Assembly: GCA_964016885.1 (NCBI GenBank) | Contig: OZ024746.1 | Location: 20,584,001 to 20,648,000, forward strand | DNA: 64,000 nt | From: Eledone cirrhosa | Taxonomy: Eukaryota | Direction of reading: 5' to 3' | Part shown: piece by piece, positions 13,122 to 29,672 of the stretch | Position numbering within the stretch: position 1 is the stretch's first letter | Layout: every line of letters starts with the position of its first letter | Position numbers and translations under genes: made by a program | Notes under the pieces: model-generated | Database searches by the model: none | The model's input: only the letters and a program-made list of their open reading frames with translations | Told to the model about the DNA's origin: nothing

Positions 13122-13994
13122 ATAATATATTCAATCTGAAGTTGAAATCTCTTACAAATGTACTGGTTAATGTCTCTATTTTTAAGATAGTTTCTAAGTT
13201 AATAAATCTTATATTTTTAGGGGAGTCTTCTCTGATAACGTAACACCCCGGGATTGTCAGAGATTTGAGTGTAGTTAAATGAGGAAAAAAAAAATATAAA
13301 TCAACAACAACAACTATTCCTAACCAGAATGATCAAGGGATTCATTTACCGTTATCTTTGTAGTTTATAAACAAACACAATGAGAGAAATATATCGATTA
13401 TCGTTGTTCAATTAAAAATTCTATATAGTTTGCAACAAAATCAATTAAAATAGTATTTGCTTTTGTTTTCGAAAAATTAATTTTTTATTTTTATTTTGTT
13501 GTGTAAAAACAACATAATAGTTGTCAAATTCTTTGTTAATTGATTGTAAGAAATTTAAAAGAAAAAAATAATATTTAAAACATTGTTTGTAGACAATCAT
13601 TATATAAACAAGAGAAATTTATAGCTTTGAAAACGAATAATAAAATATATGTTTTACACACTTGTACGCGTGTTACATTCTTTAATATCCTTATATTATA
13701 TTATATATTGTCGTTGAATAATTACTTAATACTAGCTTAAAACCAATTTAAATCTCTTTTAACCGGGGATGTTTGTTTATCCACCACTGAAAGATTCGCC
13801 TTGATGATATGTTTTGAAAGCGTACATAACCATTTAGGTTACTGACTAACTACGACATAAAGTTGCAATTATGAGACATATATCATGAATTATGAGACAT
13901 ATATTAACTGATCTCAAAAACAATGTTGCAGACTCTACTTTCAAGGAGTTAATTACTAGCTCTTACACCACAGAAGTCTCCAAGTTACTAACTT

Positions 13995-14059
<65 letters not shown>

Positions 14060-14099
14060 AAAACGTTGAGCGGTTATGTATTTATTGATTTTTCATGAA

Positions 14100-14230
14100 A
14101 AATAGTCTGAAAACATTACTTCTCGATAGTGCAGCATCTCCATAAGTTTGTGTTAAAGAATTAAATGTTTCGGTTGTAGATTTGATGAGTTTCACACAAA
14201 ATATGATCGTGTAATGTTCAATATTTTCCT
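14100..14230 (-). pseudogene. mariner transposase N-terminal HTH remnant
   Basis: IIFCVKLIKSTTETFNSLTQTYGDAALSRSNVFR resembles the mariner N-terminal HTH. Confidence 0.65.
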
Positions 14231-14458
14231 GCAACGTAAACGTAACAGGTTGTAAACACGTCTGTACGTAAACAGCAATAACTATGAAAAACAAGAGTCC
14301 CTAAACGAATGAAAAAAAAGGTGTCGTTGTCAACTGTTTTCCTTTCAGGGGCTTTTGTTTGCCCAATTTGTTTGACTATTTTTTCATAGTAAATAAAAAA
14401 AAAAAACGTTGAAGTTTCAAATTTTCAATAAATATATATATATATATGTATATATATT

Positions 14459-14544
<86 letters not shown>

Positions 14545-14659
14545 CTTGACCAGTCTGTCGGGCGCAATTCGGTGCCGCTGGTCACAGCACGTGCTGTTTT
14601 AGCCATACGATGACGCCATCCCACTGGCTGGGCGGGCAGGCCGTAAGTCTAAAGTCTGT

Positions 14660-14935
14660 CTTAAGCCAGAAGGCTCATTTGGCCGGTGTTCATTCCGGTG
14701 TTCATTCATGGCGTGAAGCGACTGAGAGTACAAAACTCCCCCCTGGACAGGACGCCAGTCCATCGCAGGGTTAAACCTCCAGCTATTGCTGGTACTCATT
14801 TTCAGCTGAGTAAACTGGAGCAACGTGAAATAAAGTGTCTTGCTCAAGGAAACAGCACATCACCCGGTCCGAGAATTGAACTCACAACCTTTCGATTGCA
14901 AGCCTATTTCTCTAACCACTAAACCATGCACCTTC
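14660..14935 (-). mobile_element. tRNA-derived SINE, second family (Meta/V-like central domain)
   Basis: Minus strand tRNA-like head with GAGTTCAATTC box B, then TTGAGCAAGACACTT and CCTGCGATGGACTGGCGTCCTGTCCAGGGG; copies at 39200 and 48270. Confidence 0.75.
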
Positions 14936-14988
14936 ACACGCATATATATATATATGTGTATGTGTATATATATATATATGTATGTGTG

Positions 14989-15528
<540 letters not shown>

Positions 15529-15530
15529 TA

Positions 15531-15586
<56 letters not shown>

Positions 15587-15589
<3 letters not shown>

Positions 15590-15630
15590 ATATATTAAAA
15601 CTTGTATCCCAACAAATTAAATATAACCTC

Positions 15631-15682
<52 letters not shown>

Positions 15683-15721
15683 GAGGTTATATTTAATTTG
15701 TTGGGATACAAGTTTTAATAT

Positions 15722-15726
<5 letters not shown>
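15587..15726. repeat. Inverted duplication of a PLE-type terminus centred on (TA)n
   Basis: 47-bp arms either side of (TA)n; sequence matches the ends at 30519 and 54213. Confidence 0.85.
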
Positions 15727-15793
<67 letters not shown>

Positions 15794-16374
15794 AATACAC
15801 ATATATGCAACTCCTTACCTGTAATTAGTATTAAAAAAAGGCAGAGCGGTTAATAAATTGAACAAATAATTCTTGATATTGATTTCGAATGAAATTACAA
15901 GTAAATTACGATATTTAATGTTTATTATATAAATATTGGCGTTACTACGCTAGAGAACGATCGATGATTGGAAAAGAAGCAATTTCAGAAAGGAAAAAAA
16001 AAACATATTTCCACAACTAATGAGATGATATCGATAGGAATCACGACCAACACTATAACTATTCTATTTAGCAAGCCCTGTCTTATGGGAATGAAGAAAT
16101 AGAAGTTAGACACAGATGTTGTGTTTGGTATTGATAGCTTTTCATTTTAAAATATAGATTATAATGAAACCAGCGTCTACAAAATATTTTAGATTCATTA
16201 ATTATATATTACAAATTCATTTCATAGATAAACTTATTGGAAATATAAAGACTTAAATGTCCTGTATTTATACTAGATTTAACTCTCCTGAAATATTATC
16301 GATCTAATTGGTCTATGAATCGACGCATTCAATCTATTCTCTTTATATATACAAATAATTTTTTATATATACAA

Positions 16375-16525
16375 GTAATCGTTTCCACTTTTGGCACAAG
16401 GCCCGCAATTATCCCAGTTCGATACTGGTGCTTTATTTTATCGACCCCGTAAGGATAAAAGGCAAAGTTAACCTCGGTGGGATTTGAACTCAAATTGTAA
16501 AGGGGCGTAAGCCGAAACCGCTAGA
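16375..16525 (-). mobile_element. Nin/Deu-like SINE fragment
   Basis: TATCGACCCCGTAAGGATAAAAGGCAAAG core. Confidence 0.8.
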
Positions 16526-16627
16526 CATCACAGTCGGGTTTTTACCTCCCTTTTAATCCACTGTGATTCTTCTCATGCATTGAGTACTACCCTGATTTGT
16601 GGTTTCTCTAGTTGCGGCACCGCAGAC

Positions 16628-16717
<90 letters not shown>

Positions 16718-16741
16718 TACACACACACATATAGACATATA

Positions 16742-16780
<39 letters not shown>

Positions 16781-16813
16781 TATACACACACACACACACA
16801 TATATATATATAT

Positions 16814-16868
<55 letters not shown>

Positions 16869-16894
16869 CATACACACACATATAGACATATAAT

Positions 16895-16925
<31 letters not shown>

Positions 16926-16937
16926 CACACACACACA

Positions 16938-17015
<78 letters not shown>

Positions 17016-17916
17016 GTCTATTTGGGTGCATACAAATGCATGTATTTATGTATATCTGCTCATGTTTGCAAGATAAAGATCTCCAATGTACATAGAGACA
17101 AAGAATGACAAGTTATGTCTTTAGGCGAATTACACAAACATAGATGAAAAGAATCTCAAATGCTTCAACTAACAAAAAGAAGGGAGAGAACGGGGCGGGA
17201 CGGTTTAGCCAAAGGACAAAAATATAGGAAAGAGAGAAATAGAAAAAAAAACAGAAAAGAATAATATAGACTGCATTCGAACGTGCAGCAAAGAAGGACA
17301 CTGAAGAGTATGAAGGAGTATAGAAGAAAACAGACCAAGCGATGTGACGTCTATTATAGAATAGGATAGTTTACAAAAAAGCTGACATGGATAAGTCTTT
17401 TAAATATGAATTCAAAATACAGGATAAAGACAATGGGAACAAAAACAAAAAAAAAAAAAACGGATAAACGGATAAACGGACAGTCACATCTCTTCAGTCG
17501 GTCTCTAAAAAGCATAAAATCTATTCACAAAAAAAGCATATGTAGATATACATGTGTAGACACAAACTGGATATTTTCTCTAGGTTGATGACAGTAACGT
17601 ATAATTAATAAATATTTTACACCCTCCCCACACACACATATATATATATATGTAATTACACACACACATATATATATATATATGTAATTACACACACGCA
17701 TATATAAATGCACACATATGTATATATATATATATATAAATATTTTACACCCTCCCCACACATATATATATATATATGTGTAATTACACACACATATATA
17801 TATATATGTAATTACACACACACATATATAAATGCACACATATGTATATATATATATATATATAAATACATACGTATGTATATATATATATAAATACATA
17901 CGTATGTATGTATATA

Positions 17917-18162
<246 letters not shown>

Positions 18163-18181
18163 ATACATACATATATATATA

Positions 18182-19931
<1,750 letters not shown>

Positions 19932-19949
19932 CATATATATCATATATAT

Positions 19950-20023
<74 letters not shown>

Positions 20024-20304
20024 TACACATATGTATATATATTTATATATATATACATTGGCCGCCTGTATATTTATTAGCAGATATTTCGCTTATCTCC
20101 ATATTTATCAGCTTCTATATTCATTTGTGTATTTACTTTGTTATTTTATCAGCCGTGTCTCTACTATACTTTTCTCCAGTTAATTTATCTTTTGACGGAA
20201 GAGATACTTCGTATGAATTGTTTGATACAATTGTATAGACACATTGTTTCTTTATCACTGTTATACTTATATATATATATGTCTGTCTATCTATCTATCT
20301 ATCC

Positions 20305-20372
<68 letters not shown>

Positions 20373-20450
20373 CTCTCTCTCTCTCTATCTATCTCTCTCT
20401 CTCTATATATATATATACACACACGCACATATATATTGATATATATATAT

Positions 20451-20491
<41 letters not shown>

Positions 20492-20530
20492 CACATATTT
20501 ATACATACACACACGCACACACACACACAC

Positions 20531-20560
<30 letters not shown>

Positions 20561-20561
<1 letters not shown>

Positions 20562-20962
20562 GTGGCTGCCAACTCGTTTTCGAGTACGGCCACTACTTTA
20601 TATCCATGTAGGAGAACCCCCACCGATGCGCTGAACGAGTGTGACTTCTTAGTCCAGCCAGCCATTTGAAAACTCTGATACAAACACTACACCTGTGACC
20701 ATTATTGACACATAGTGCTGGGCCCATGGTACCATATGACGACAAGTGCAGAGAGATCTCCAGATATAAAGCAATGCCTGTGCCGTGAAGCTTTTATAGT
20801 GAGCAAAGGCACTGCACAAAGCCAGTCCCACTCTCTTAACCAAGATGATATTTACCAAAAAGAAGAACAAGTCAACATCATTGGATACCATCAGGGTTGC
20901 AGGTGTTATATCAGAGTTTTCCTTCTCCTAGAATTCTGCCTTGACAAAGGCTAAGGGGTCAT
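20561..20962 (-). mobile_element. Family A retroposon, 5'-truncated
   Basis: Reverse-complement match. Confidence 0.9.
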
Positions 20963-20967
20963 GTATG

Positions 20968-21037
<70 letters not shown>

Positions 21038-21079
21038 CATGACCCCTTAGCCTTTGTCAAGGCAGAATTCTAGAAGGAA

Positions 21080-21141
<62 letters not shown>

Positions 21142-21329
21142 CATACATACAAACATATATATATATATGTACACACACAAACTCACATACACATACACAC
21201 ACACCCACACACCACTCGTACACACACACACACACACACAACATATACTGTATATATATATATGTATGTTTGTGTGCCTGTGTATGTGTAGCGTGTAGTG
21301 TGATGTGTGCATGTATCTCTCTCTTTAAG

Positions 21330-21362
<33 letters not shown>

Positions 21363-21960
21363 TTAAAAGAACTGAATGAATAAGAGAGTATATTGTATAC
21401 AAAGAAACCGTTTTGCATAAGTCAAAAGTTGATTACGTCTTTGATGTTTTAGCTGTTACAAACAGATTAGTTGTACAGTTATAAGAAACCTTATCTGATT
21501 TTAATGTTGAAGCAAACTGTTTGCACAAGTGGCATGTGGTTGACTATGAAAGAAACAGCTTCTTCTTAACTTGAAATCGACAAAACTTTTCTGGACATCG
21601 TATTTAAAAATTCGATTCTATCTTTATCAGAAAAATGATGTCAAAGTTTTGGACAGTTAATTACCAAGCGATTTCAATCGTTAAGAAATAAATTCTTCAG
21701 AACTCTTCAAATTTAAGTAAACTAGCAGATTTTCGAAACATTCTTCTATAGAAACTTAATAAAAAAAAAAAAAGATTGATACCTATCATTAAATATGTCA
21801 TTACCTACCACCTCGTTATCTATGTATCGTCTATATTTACCCAGTTAGTTGTCTATACAATTGTCTTTAATAAGCTACTATATAATGATTTTTAACTTTG
21901 ATAGAAGGCAAATACATTTCTAAGTATTGGATAAACTGTAGTTGGTTGATTCACACACAG

Positions 21961-22276
<316 letters not shown>

Positions 22277-22674
22277 AAGACGTATAATACATCTGGACCC
22301 GTTGGCTAGTCATATTGAAATGTCAGTTCCAGTGGCCTGAATCTTGCCCTGTAGAATTCGACCTTTCAGCATATTTTATTTTTATTTTTGGCTTATTTCG
22401 CTTCTTACGAGGTATTGCTTCCTTCTATACACTCGAATTTTGCTAAACTGTGTAATAACCGGTTACAATTCCGACAACATTGGAAAGCATTAAATGAGAT
22501 AAGAATTTTATTCTATCCTTATACTCTGTGTCTACGTCTAACTTTCTGTATTTTTTACCTGAAGAATATCTCTCATGTCTTCCACCTATAACTACATAAA
22601 CACATTGAGCTATGAATCTATTTGGCAATCATATACTCTACAATATAGATCTCTACATGCAAATTTTACCTTTG

Positions 22675-22775
<101 letters not shown>

Positions 22776-22899
22776 CGTGTATATATAAATATATGCATAT
22801 ATATTTATATACGTATACGTATACGTATATGCATGTATATGTGTATGTATAATTGTATGTACACGCATATTTATATATACACAAGTATGTATACACACA

Positions 22900-23004
<105 letters not shown>

Positions 23005-23288
23005 ACCCACACACATATATATATATATATATGTGTGTGTGTGTATATCATCAAATCGGTATTTTCATTTCAAATATATAATCCGGTTATGAAAACTAAT
23101 GACGTAACAGGAATGTTTATTTTGGTAACTAGTTCACTCCTACTCACGCTTTTCAATTAAATGTACCTAAATCTTCTTATCTTTAGGATTCTGAATTCTA
23201 ATGATAATCATGACACTAAATAATTCAAGCTTTTGAATCGAGAACTTTTTTGTATTCTTTTTAAAACATATTGAGTTTATTTCAATAC

Positions 23289-23333
<45 letters not shown>

Positions 23334-23338
<5 letters not shown>

Positions 23339-23470
23339 AACAAGTAAGACCCCGACGGCTTGAGCTCAGCCGTCGGGGTCTTACTTGTTCCTATTACCCA
23401 CTCTACTACCCTAAGTATTGAGTACTTTGGTGCGTTATGGTCCACCTGGCTCCTTACCACATTTCCTTCG
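23334..23470 (+). mobile_element. 137-bp hairpin+tail mini-derivative of the 18351-19931 PLE family
   Basis: 27-bp arms 23334-23360 and 23368-23394; right arm and tail match about 19817-19931; flanked by TA-rich repeats. Confidence 0.85.
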
Positions 23471-23515
23471 TTATATATATTTATATAAATATATATATAT
23501 ATAAATACAGAAATT

Positions 23516-24434
23516 ACATGAATCAAAGTTCTGTTCAAATCATTTATTCGCTTACAATTGTTTCTTCCAAACCGAGATTTGGAGTCTTCGGAGCAATTTT
23601 TCAATGATTGTTTACATACTTGACCTCCTTTTCAACACAAGAGACATACAGAAACATATGTATATATTTATGCACAGTGGGTTGACATCCATTATAATAT
23701 AGTATTTTATAATATAGTATTTTATATGTATGATATAGAAGCTTGTGTGCAGAGAAATATTTAAAATGCTTCTCATTCTTAATATTTTAAATATTTCTTT
23801 GCACACAAGCTTCTATATCATACATATAAAATACTATACAACCCCCATAATACTCTTGATTGCCCGCTTAAAGTGCTTATATTCCATATAACACCTTACC
23901 GCACTATAATCTTATATAAATAGGGCACACGTGCATGCCCCACGTGTAACTAACTACTTCTAACTATCCTCCTGCATCATCTTCATAAACTGCCAATGTT
24001 GTATTATAACTTTAATTTTGTTGTAATTTTCTTTTAATATGACTTTAATCTTTAAATGTAAACTGCCATGCTTAAATATTATAATGGATGTCAACCCACT
24101 GTGCATCAATATATACATATGTTTCTGTATGTCTCTTGTGTTGAAAAGGAGGTCAAGTATGTAAACAATCATTGAAAAATTGCTCCGAAGACTCCAAACC
24201 TCGGTTTGGAAGAAACAATTGTAAGCGAATAAATGATTTGAACAGAACTTTGATTCATGTGAATTCTATATAACTGCTCTGTAGAACAACTGATGTTATT
24301 ACATTGAGCTATTTATCTTACTGGTAATAAGGTAGTAATAAATTACTGTCTTTCACTGTTTAGGGTTTAAAATATATATAACTATAAAAAGTTTTAGTGT
24401 ATAATAACCATAAATAGTATCCTTAATACTATAT

Positions 24435-24435
<1 letters not shown>
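23516..24435 (+). mobile_element. Nested fold-back element with hammerhead-like motif; probable PLE derivative
   Basis: Outer arms 23516-23700 and 24076-24260; inner hairpin 23713-23838; GCT-CCGAAGA-stem II-GAAA-CAATTG-TA-AGC at 24182-24226; right boundary approximate. Confidence 0.7.
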
Positions 24436-24520
<85 letters not shown>

Positions 24521-24521
24521 G

Positions 24522-24700
24522 ATATTAACAAATGGAAACTATATTTATACAACCATATTTATTTCATTATACATATTTCAAGGACACCAAGTTAAATTAT
24601 AATGTGCTTTCATCAGATAAAATATAATATAGAGCAGTTTTATAAATAAATATTGACATACCCTTAAAGAATGCAACCATTACTGTTGGAAGCTCTCAGA
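24522..24700 (-). mobile_element. Fragment of the 54213-54558 fold-back family
   Basis: Reverse-complement match to about 54395-54550, including CTGATGA core. Confidence 0.7.
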
Positions 24701-24702
24701 TA

Positions 24703-24785
<83 letters not shown>

Positions 24786-24790
<5 letters not shown>

Positions 24791-25150
24791 GTTTTTAATT
24801 AAACATACGATATATTGCCAAATATACTATACATACATCCATGTATACATCGCTATTTCAGAGCACCAATCCTAATACCTAATTTTTGCTGGACCTGCAA
24901 TCGCTCTGTATAATCAGCTCCTGATTACTGGAATTCTATAAGAATTCAGCTTCTATAATTTTCGACGAAAGCAGAGAAGTACGTGGCTCTGATGAACGCC
25001 AACCAGCGTGAAACAGACTGTCAGCTTCTCTCCCTTCTTTCGCCGAAAAGAAGTAAGTGACATAGTCACTATTTTAAAACTGATAGTGTATGGTCTTCTA
25101 AATGTTTTTAATTAAACATACGGTGTATTGCCAAATATACTATACATACA

Positions 25151-25155
<5 letters not shown>
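24786..25155 (+). mobile_element. Candidate non-LTR retrozyme (313-nt unit, about 1.2 copies)
   Basis: 57-bp direct repeats 24786-24842 and 25099-25155 enclosing a hammerhead; inserted in (TA)n. Confidence 0.7.
24959..25049 (+). ncRNA. Type I hammerhead ribozyme
   Basis: CUGAUGA 24989-24995; stem II ACGC/GCGU with loop CAACCA; GAAA 25010-25013; stem III ACA/UGU; GUC cleavage after 25022; stem I GCU/AGC, bulge, then AGAGAA/UUCUCU, CGAAAG/CUUUCG, UUUUCG/CGAAAA. Confidence 0.85.
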
Positions 25156-25184
<29 letters not shown>

Positions 25185-25185
<1 letters not shown>

Positions 25186-26057
25186 GAGGTGTGTCAGAAA
25201 AGTTCCAGGACTGATGTCACAAAAGAGTTATTTCAAACCCAAACTTCACACTAAGAGTTTTCTCCTTCAAAGTAATCCCCCTGGAGTCTAATGCACTTTT
25301 CCATCCTTTTCTGCCACGCTTGCATGCACTCCTGGAAGGATTCTTCCGGGATCCCCGCAATTCCTTTTTGATGTCGAACACGTCTTCAAAACGGGTCCCC
25401 TCGGAGTCGTACTCGAAGATCCATGACTCATCACCGGTGATGACTGTCCCTAGAAAGTCTGGTTCGGTTTCAAGACGCTCGAGGATGCCCTGGCACACTT
25501 GCATGCGTCGACCCTTCTGGTCATCGTTCAGCAGTTTTGGCACCATCTTCGCGCAGACTTTCCGCATGTCCAAATCTTCAGTGAGAATCTTCCAGACGCT
25601 GTCCCGATCATGCCCAGCTCATTTGCCATCAGTCGAACAGTCAGCCGACGATCGCTACGCACCATCTGCCTGACGCGCTCAACGTTGACCTCAGTCCTGG
25701 TTGTTGAGGGTCTTCCGCTCCTGGGGTCGTCTTCCACGTCCTCGCGTCCTTCTTTAAACCTCTTGCACCACTCAAAAACACGTGAGCATGACATCGTCCC
25801 ATCTCCATACACTTGCTGCAGCAAACGTAGCAGAAACTTCAAGTTTGTTCGTTCCTCTGTGCTCATTGCTTGACGACCTGAAACAGAGGACATGTATATA
25901 AAATTATGAAGAAAAAAGTTTGATCGTTGCAGAGAGCTAAGATTACAGTTACATACTCCAGGGGGATTACTTTGAAGGAGAAAACACTTAGTGTGAAGTT
26001 TGGGTTTGAAATAAATCTTTTGTGACATCAGTCCTGGAACTTTTCTGACACACCTCG
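25185..26057 (-). mobile_element. Internally deleted mariner (irritans-like), 873 bp, TA target duplication, about 103-bp inverted ends
   Basis: TIR CGAGGTGTGTCAGAAAAGTTCCAGGACT; transposase remnants VFEWCKRFKEGREDVEDDPRSGRP, MVPKLL, ITGDESWIFEYD fused to GTRF, GDYFEG; the second and third catalytic Asp regions are missing. Confidence 0.92.
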
Positions 26058-26082
26058 TATATATTATATATGCACATATATA

Positions 26083-26160
26083 CAGGATGTACCAACACAT
26101 TTATACACACTTCAATAGCATTCTAATCAAAGTGCGTATACATTTTTTGGGGACACCCTG
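26083..26160. mobile_element. Tiny Tc1/mariner-type MITE (about 78 bp)
   Basis: TA-CAGGATGTACCAA...TTGGGGACACCCTG-TA imperfect hairpin. Confidence 0.6.
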
Positions 26161-26339
26161 TATGTATGTATATATATATATATATATAGAAATGGCTTCT
26201 ACAGGACTAGAACAGTTTCATTCGTATGAAATCATCTGGGTATATTTATATATAGTGTATGTATGTGTATGTATATTATATATATTTAGGGTAGTTATCG
26301 ATGGTGAATAGACTGGTTGGAGCAATAACGGTTGTTTAC

Positions 26340-26422
<83 letters not shown>

Positions 26423-26432
26423 ATATATATAT

Positions 26433-26629
26433 ATGAGATTCTACAGGACTAGAAGTGTTTCATTCTTTAGAAATCATCAGGAATCCTGATGAATCCGGAT
26501 TCCTGATGATTTCTAAAGAATGAAACAGTTCTAGTCCTGTAGAATCTCATCTATATTAAAACTTTTATACTCTGCAATGTATTGAGTACCTTACTTACTG
26601 TGGTTACCTCCGATTCAACCCGGAATAAC

Positions 26630-26630
<1 letters not shown>
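26433..26630 (+). mobile_element. Hairpin+tail mini-derivative of the 55558-60660 PLE family
   Basis: Arms 26433-26486 and 26497-26550, CTGATGA..GAAAC core; tail matches the reverse complement of 55558-55640; a further fragment lies at about 26195-26240. Confidence 0.85.
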
Positions 26631-26669
<39 letters not shown>

Positions 26670-27769
26670 TTGTGTTTGATATGTTTATATGAAGTTTTGG
26701 CATTTCGTCATGATTCCTTTAAATATTTTATGTGGCAGAAGAAATTTGGAAGATAACGTAAAGGAAAATGTCGGGCTACTGTAATATTTCCTGTGTCCTT
26801 TCCTTGATATTTCTAAACCTACACCATTGTCTGCTATTTCTAATAGATATATAGATTTAAGTTATTTAAAAAAAAACCTCTATTACTGCATTTCAACTTC
26901 CTCTTTGACAAGAGAATTAAACGGTGTAATAAACCTTTAACTTCGAATTGTCATTCAATGTTGATATTTCCTGGAAAATCTGATCTTTATTTCTTGAACT
27001 GGTCGTTTTGGAATCTGTGAGCTCGTTGACTTAACATTTCTCAATGTTACCCTACATTTCGTTGTCAAATTGCAATTGAACGTGATATGAAGCAGTTATA
27101 AGAAGATATTTCTTTTCCACTCATAAGGCTTATAACATCGCTGTTCAGCTCCAATCCGTTGTATTTCGTGGATGAGAGATTATAATACTGTCCAGCGTTA
27201 GACGCTGGTTACTCACAAGTGGACGTTTTCATCACTGACGAATCATTTGTTAATTTTTCCACAGTGGCTTTAACGTTTATTGCGATGAATATTCGTGGTG
27301 TCTACTTAAATTTAAGTGAATTTCAACAGTTGGGTGATACATGTCTGTTATGAATTATTCTCGATATATAGCTGGTAAGTTCTAGGTATAATTATGAACA
27401 ATACTGTTGCGGAATTGAGTAATTAAGTTAACTGGTAGTAAAATGTTTTTGTTGCTATCTTTATGAAAATTAGTGACTGACTTAAGAAAATATAGAAAAT
27501 ATAGTTTTTGTTCTGTAAAAGACTATATGCAGGAAATTTACGACGCTTTATAGTCAACAGTTAATTTAGTTGTGTAAAGAAAGAGAAATTAAATACAGTC
27601 CAAAAGAGAAAAACACAGAAAGAAATATATTGTTCATTGTTGTCAATATGAGAAATATATATAGGAATTATTGGACAAGATCGCAGACCTCATTCGCTTA
27701 TTGAGTAGGTCAAATCTGTCTCAGGAAACAATATTTCAATTGTCAATACTATCTACTCCTTGCTATTTC

Positions 27770-27870
27770 AGAATATTCATTCTGTGGAGGATCTTCAAGA
27801 AATCGTGGGAGTATTGCTATGCGGTGAATGCTTATTTCGTGAACCTTGAGGATAATTCTTATATTTCGGG
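27770..27870 (+). pseudogene. Ancient RTE-clade RT remnant
   Basis: IFILWRIFKKSWEYCYAVNAYFVNLE resembles RTE motif IF.L..I.EK.WEY..PV..CFVDLEKA. Confidence 0.45.
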
Positions 27871-28977
27871 ATAAAATACCTTCATTAGAACTAGTTCAAA
27901 GCAGGCATATTTTAATTTGAGGGGTAATTTTTTCCAACGCCTGAAATGGTGAATGGATGGCGTGCTATATGTTCTAAGATATGTTCTAAGCTAGGTTTGT
28001 ATTTTATTTTGAAGTAGAATGGAGTGTAGTAATAAGTCGGTCTATGTTAGTTCTGAGTGTTGAATTCTAGTCTCTTATTGATCTGGAGTCTCAGTTTGGA
28101 TATTAGTATAGTTTCTTGGATTCTGAGGTTGCCAGTATTCCTATCCCTGGCTTTAATAGTGACTGTTATATCTTTATTTGTCTTCTTGCACCTATCTATG
28201 TGTGTTTTGATGGAAGTGAAGAAATAAAAACGGAAATCAAAGTAAATATATTAAACCTGGTAGCTACAATCAGTGTGATTTTTTTGTCTTTTATAAACGA
28301 CTTTTAATGACGTAACAGCACTTGTCTCTTAAAAGTCACGTCTATTCAGCTTATTCTTTCTTTTTCTATATAAAAATGTTGTTTCTTGATTTTTTTTGTT
28401 TAGTTTTGCTTTTATTTTTGTATTCTGATGATAATTATCCTGTTTAAAAAAATAATTTTGTTAAAATTTAATAAAACTTTCGAAATGACATTTACTTTAG
28501 CTAGAAGCATATTGAATTTATTCCATTATTCGTTTCCTATATATTTGCATGCATGCTTATATAATGAAGTTACATCATCATATGACGTCAAATATTTGTG
28601 TCTATAAACATTAATTCGGTTTTATTTATGAACAAATATATTCTATTGTATATATTTTGCTGTGAAAGATTATATTCTATTGTACATATTTTGTTGGCAA
28701 TTATCACAAATAACGTTAACGCCTATTTAGTCTAGGCGATAAACTTTCAGCTTGAGGCAAAATTAGTTTTTTCTCATGTCCATAGGTTATGTAAACTTGA
28801 TAACTAATATTTTATTCCTTATTTTTTGTTATTGTTGTTGAATTCAAAAAATATTTTGTTGCCTGGAATTGATTTTATAATTTCTTAAGCATGTATAAAA
28901 TTACAACTGACAGACCCATTCAACCTTCCATCAATCAACCCGAACTCTTATCTAATTACCTACATATCTATCTATCT

Positions 28978-29185
28978 AAAAGATAGAGGAAGAAGGGAGC
29001 GCCCTATCTTTGTGCTCCCGAGGAGAAGGGTTGCACATTTTTTCGGGGGTGTGTGCGACCCCAAAATTGACTACTTCGATTGTTTCATTTTATTCGTTAT
29101 ATTTTTGTACTCGTTTTATTGTATGTAAACTCCCTCCTTGTATTTGTCCCTTTCTTTTGTGCCCTGATGGCAAATAAATATAAAC

Positions 29186-29255
<70 letters not shown>

Positions 29256-29339
29256 CCTTATTGAGGACGCCTTGTTATGTAAACTCCCCCCATTGTACTT
29301 GTCCCACTTTTTGATGCCCTGGTGGCAAATAAAAAGAAA

Positions 29340-29341
<2 letters not shown>
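28978..29341 (+). mobile_element. Two short Tx1-family 3'-UTR copies (28978-29186, 29255-29341), each followed by (TATC)n
   Basis: Homologous to 38205-38437; end GCCCT..TGGCAAATAAA. Confidence 0.85.
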
Positions 29342-29433
<92 letters not shown>

Positions 29434-29672
29434 AAGTACGAGGTATTAAGCAAAAACAGGTGGGGCACAGGAATCCTCTTGCTTCCTTCACTGTTGATAG
29501 TTGAAGTATGTGAGCTCCTTTACATTCCTTGGCACCCACATTTTAAAGCTTTATATCTTCTATAAACACTGTGTTCGCTCTGTGTTTATACACTTCCTGA
29601 CAGTCTCCACTGCTGACCTGTTCGCGAAATGCAATATCGGTGGGATTGAGGCATTTCTGATGTAATCACAAC

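Noticed and set aside
26497-26550. Active hammerhead in the 26433/55558 PLE family terminus
   Set aside because: CTGATGA and GAAAC are present but stem I does not pair next to a cleavage triplet; kept only as hammerhead-like
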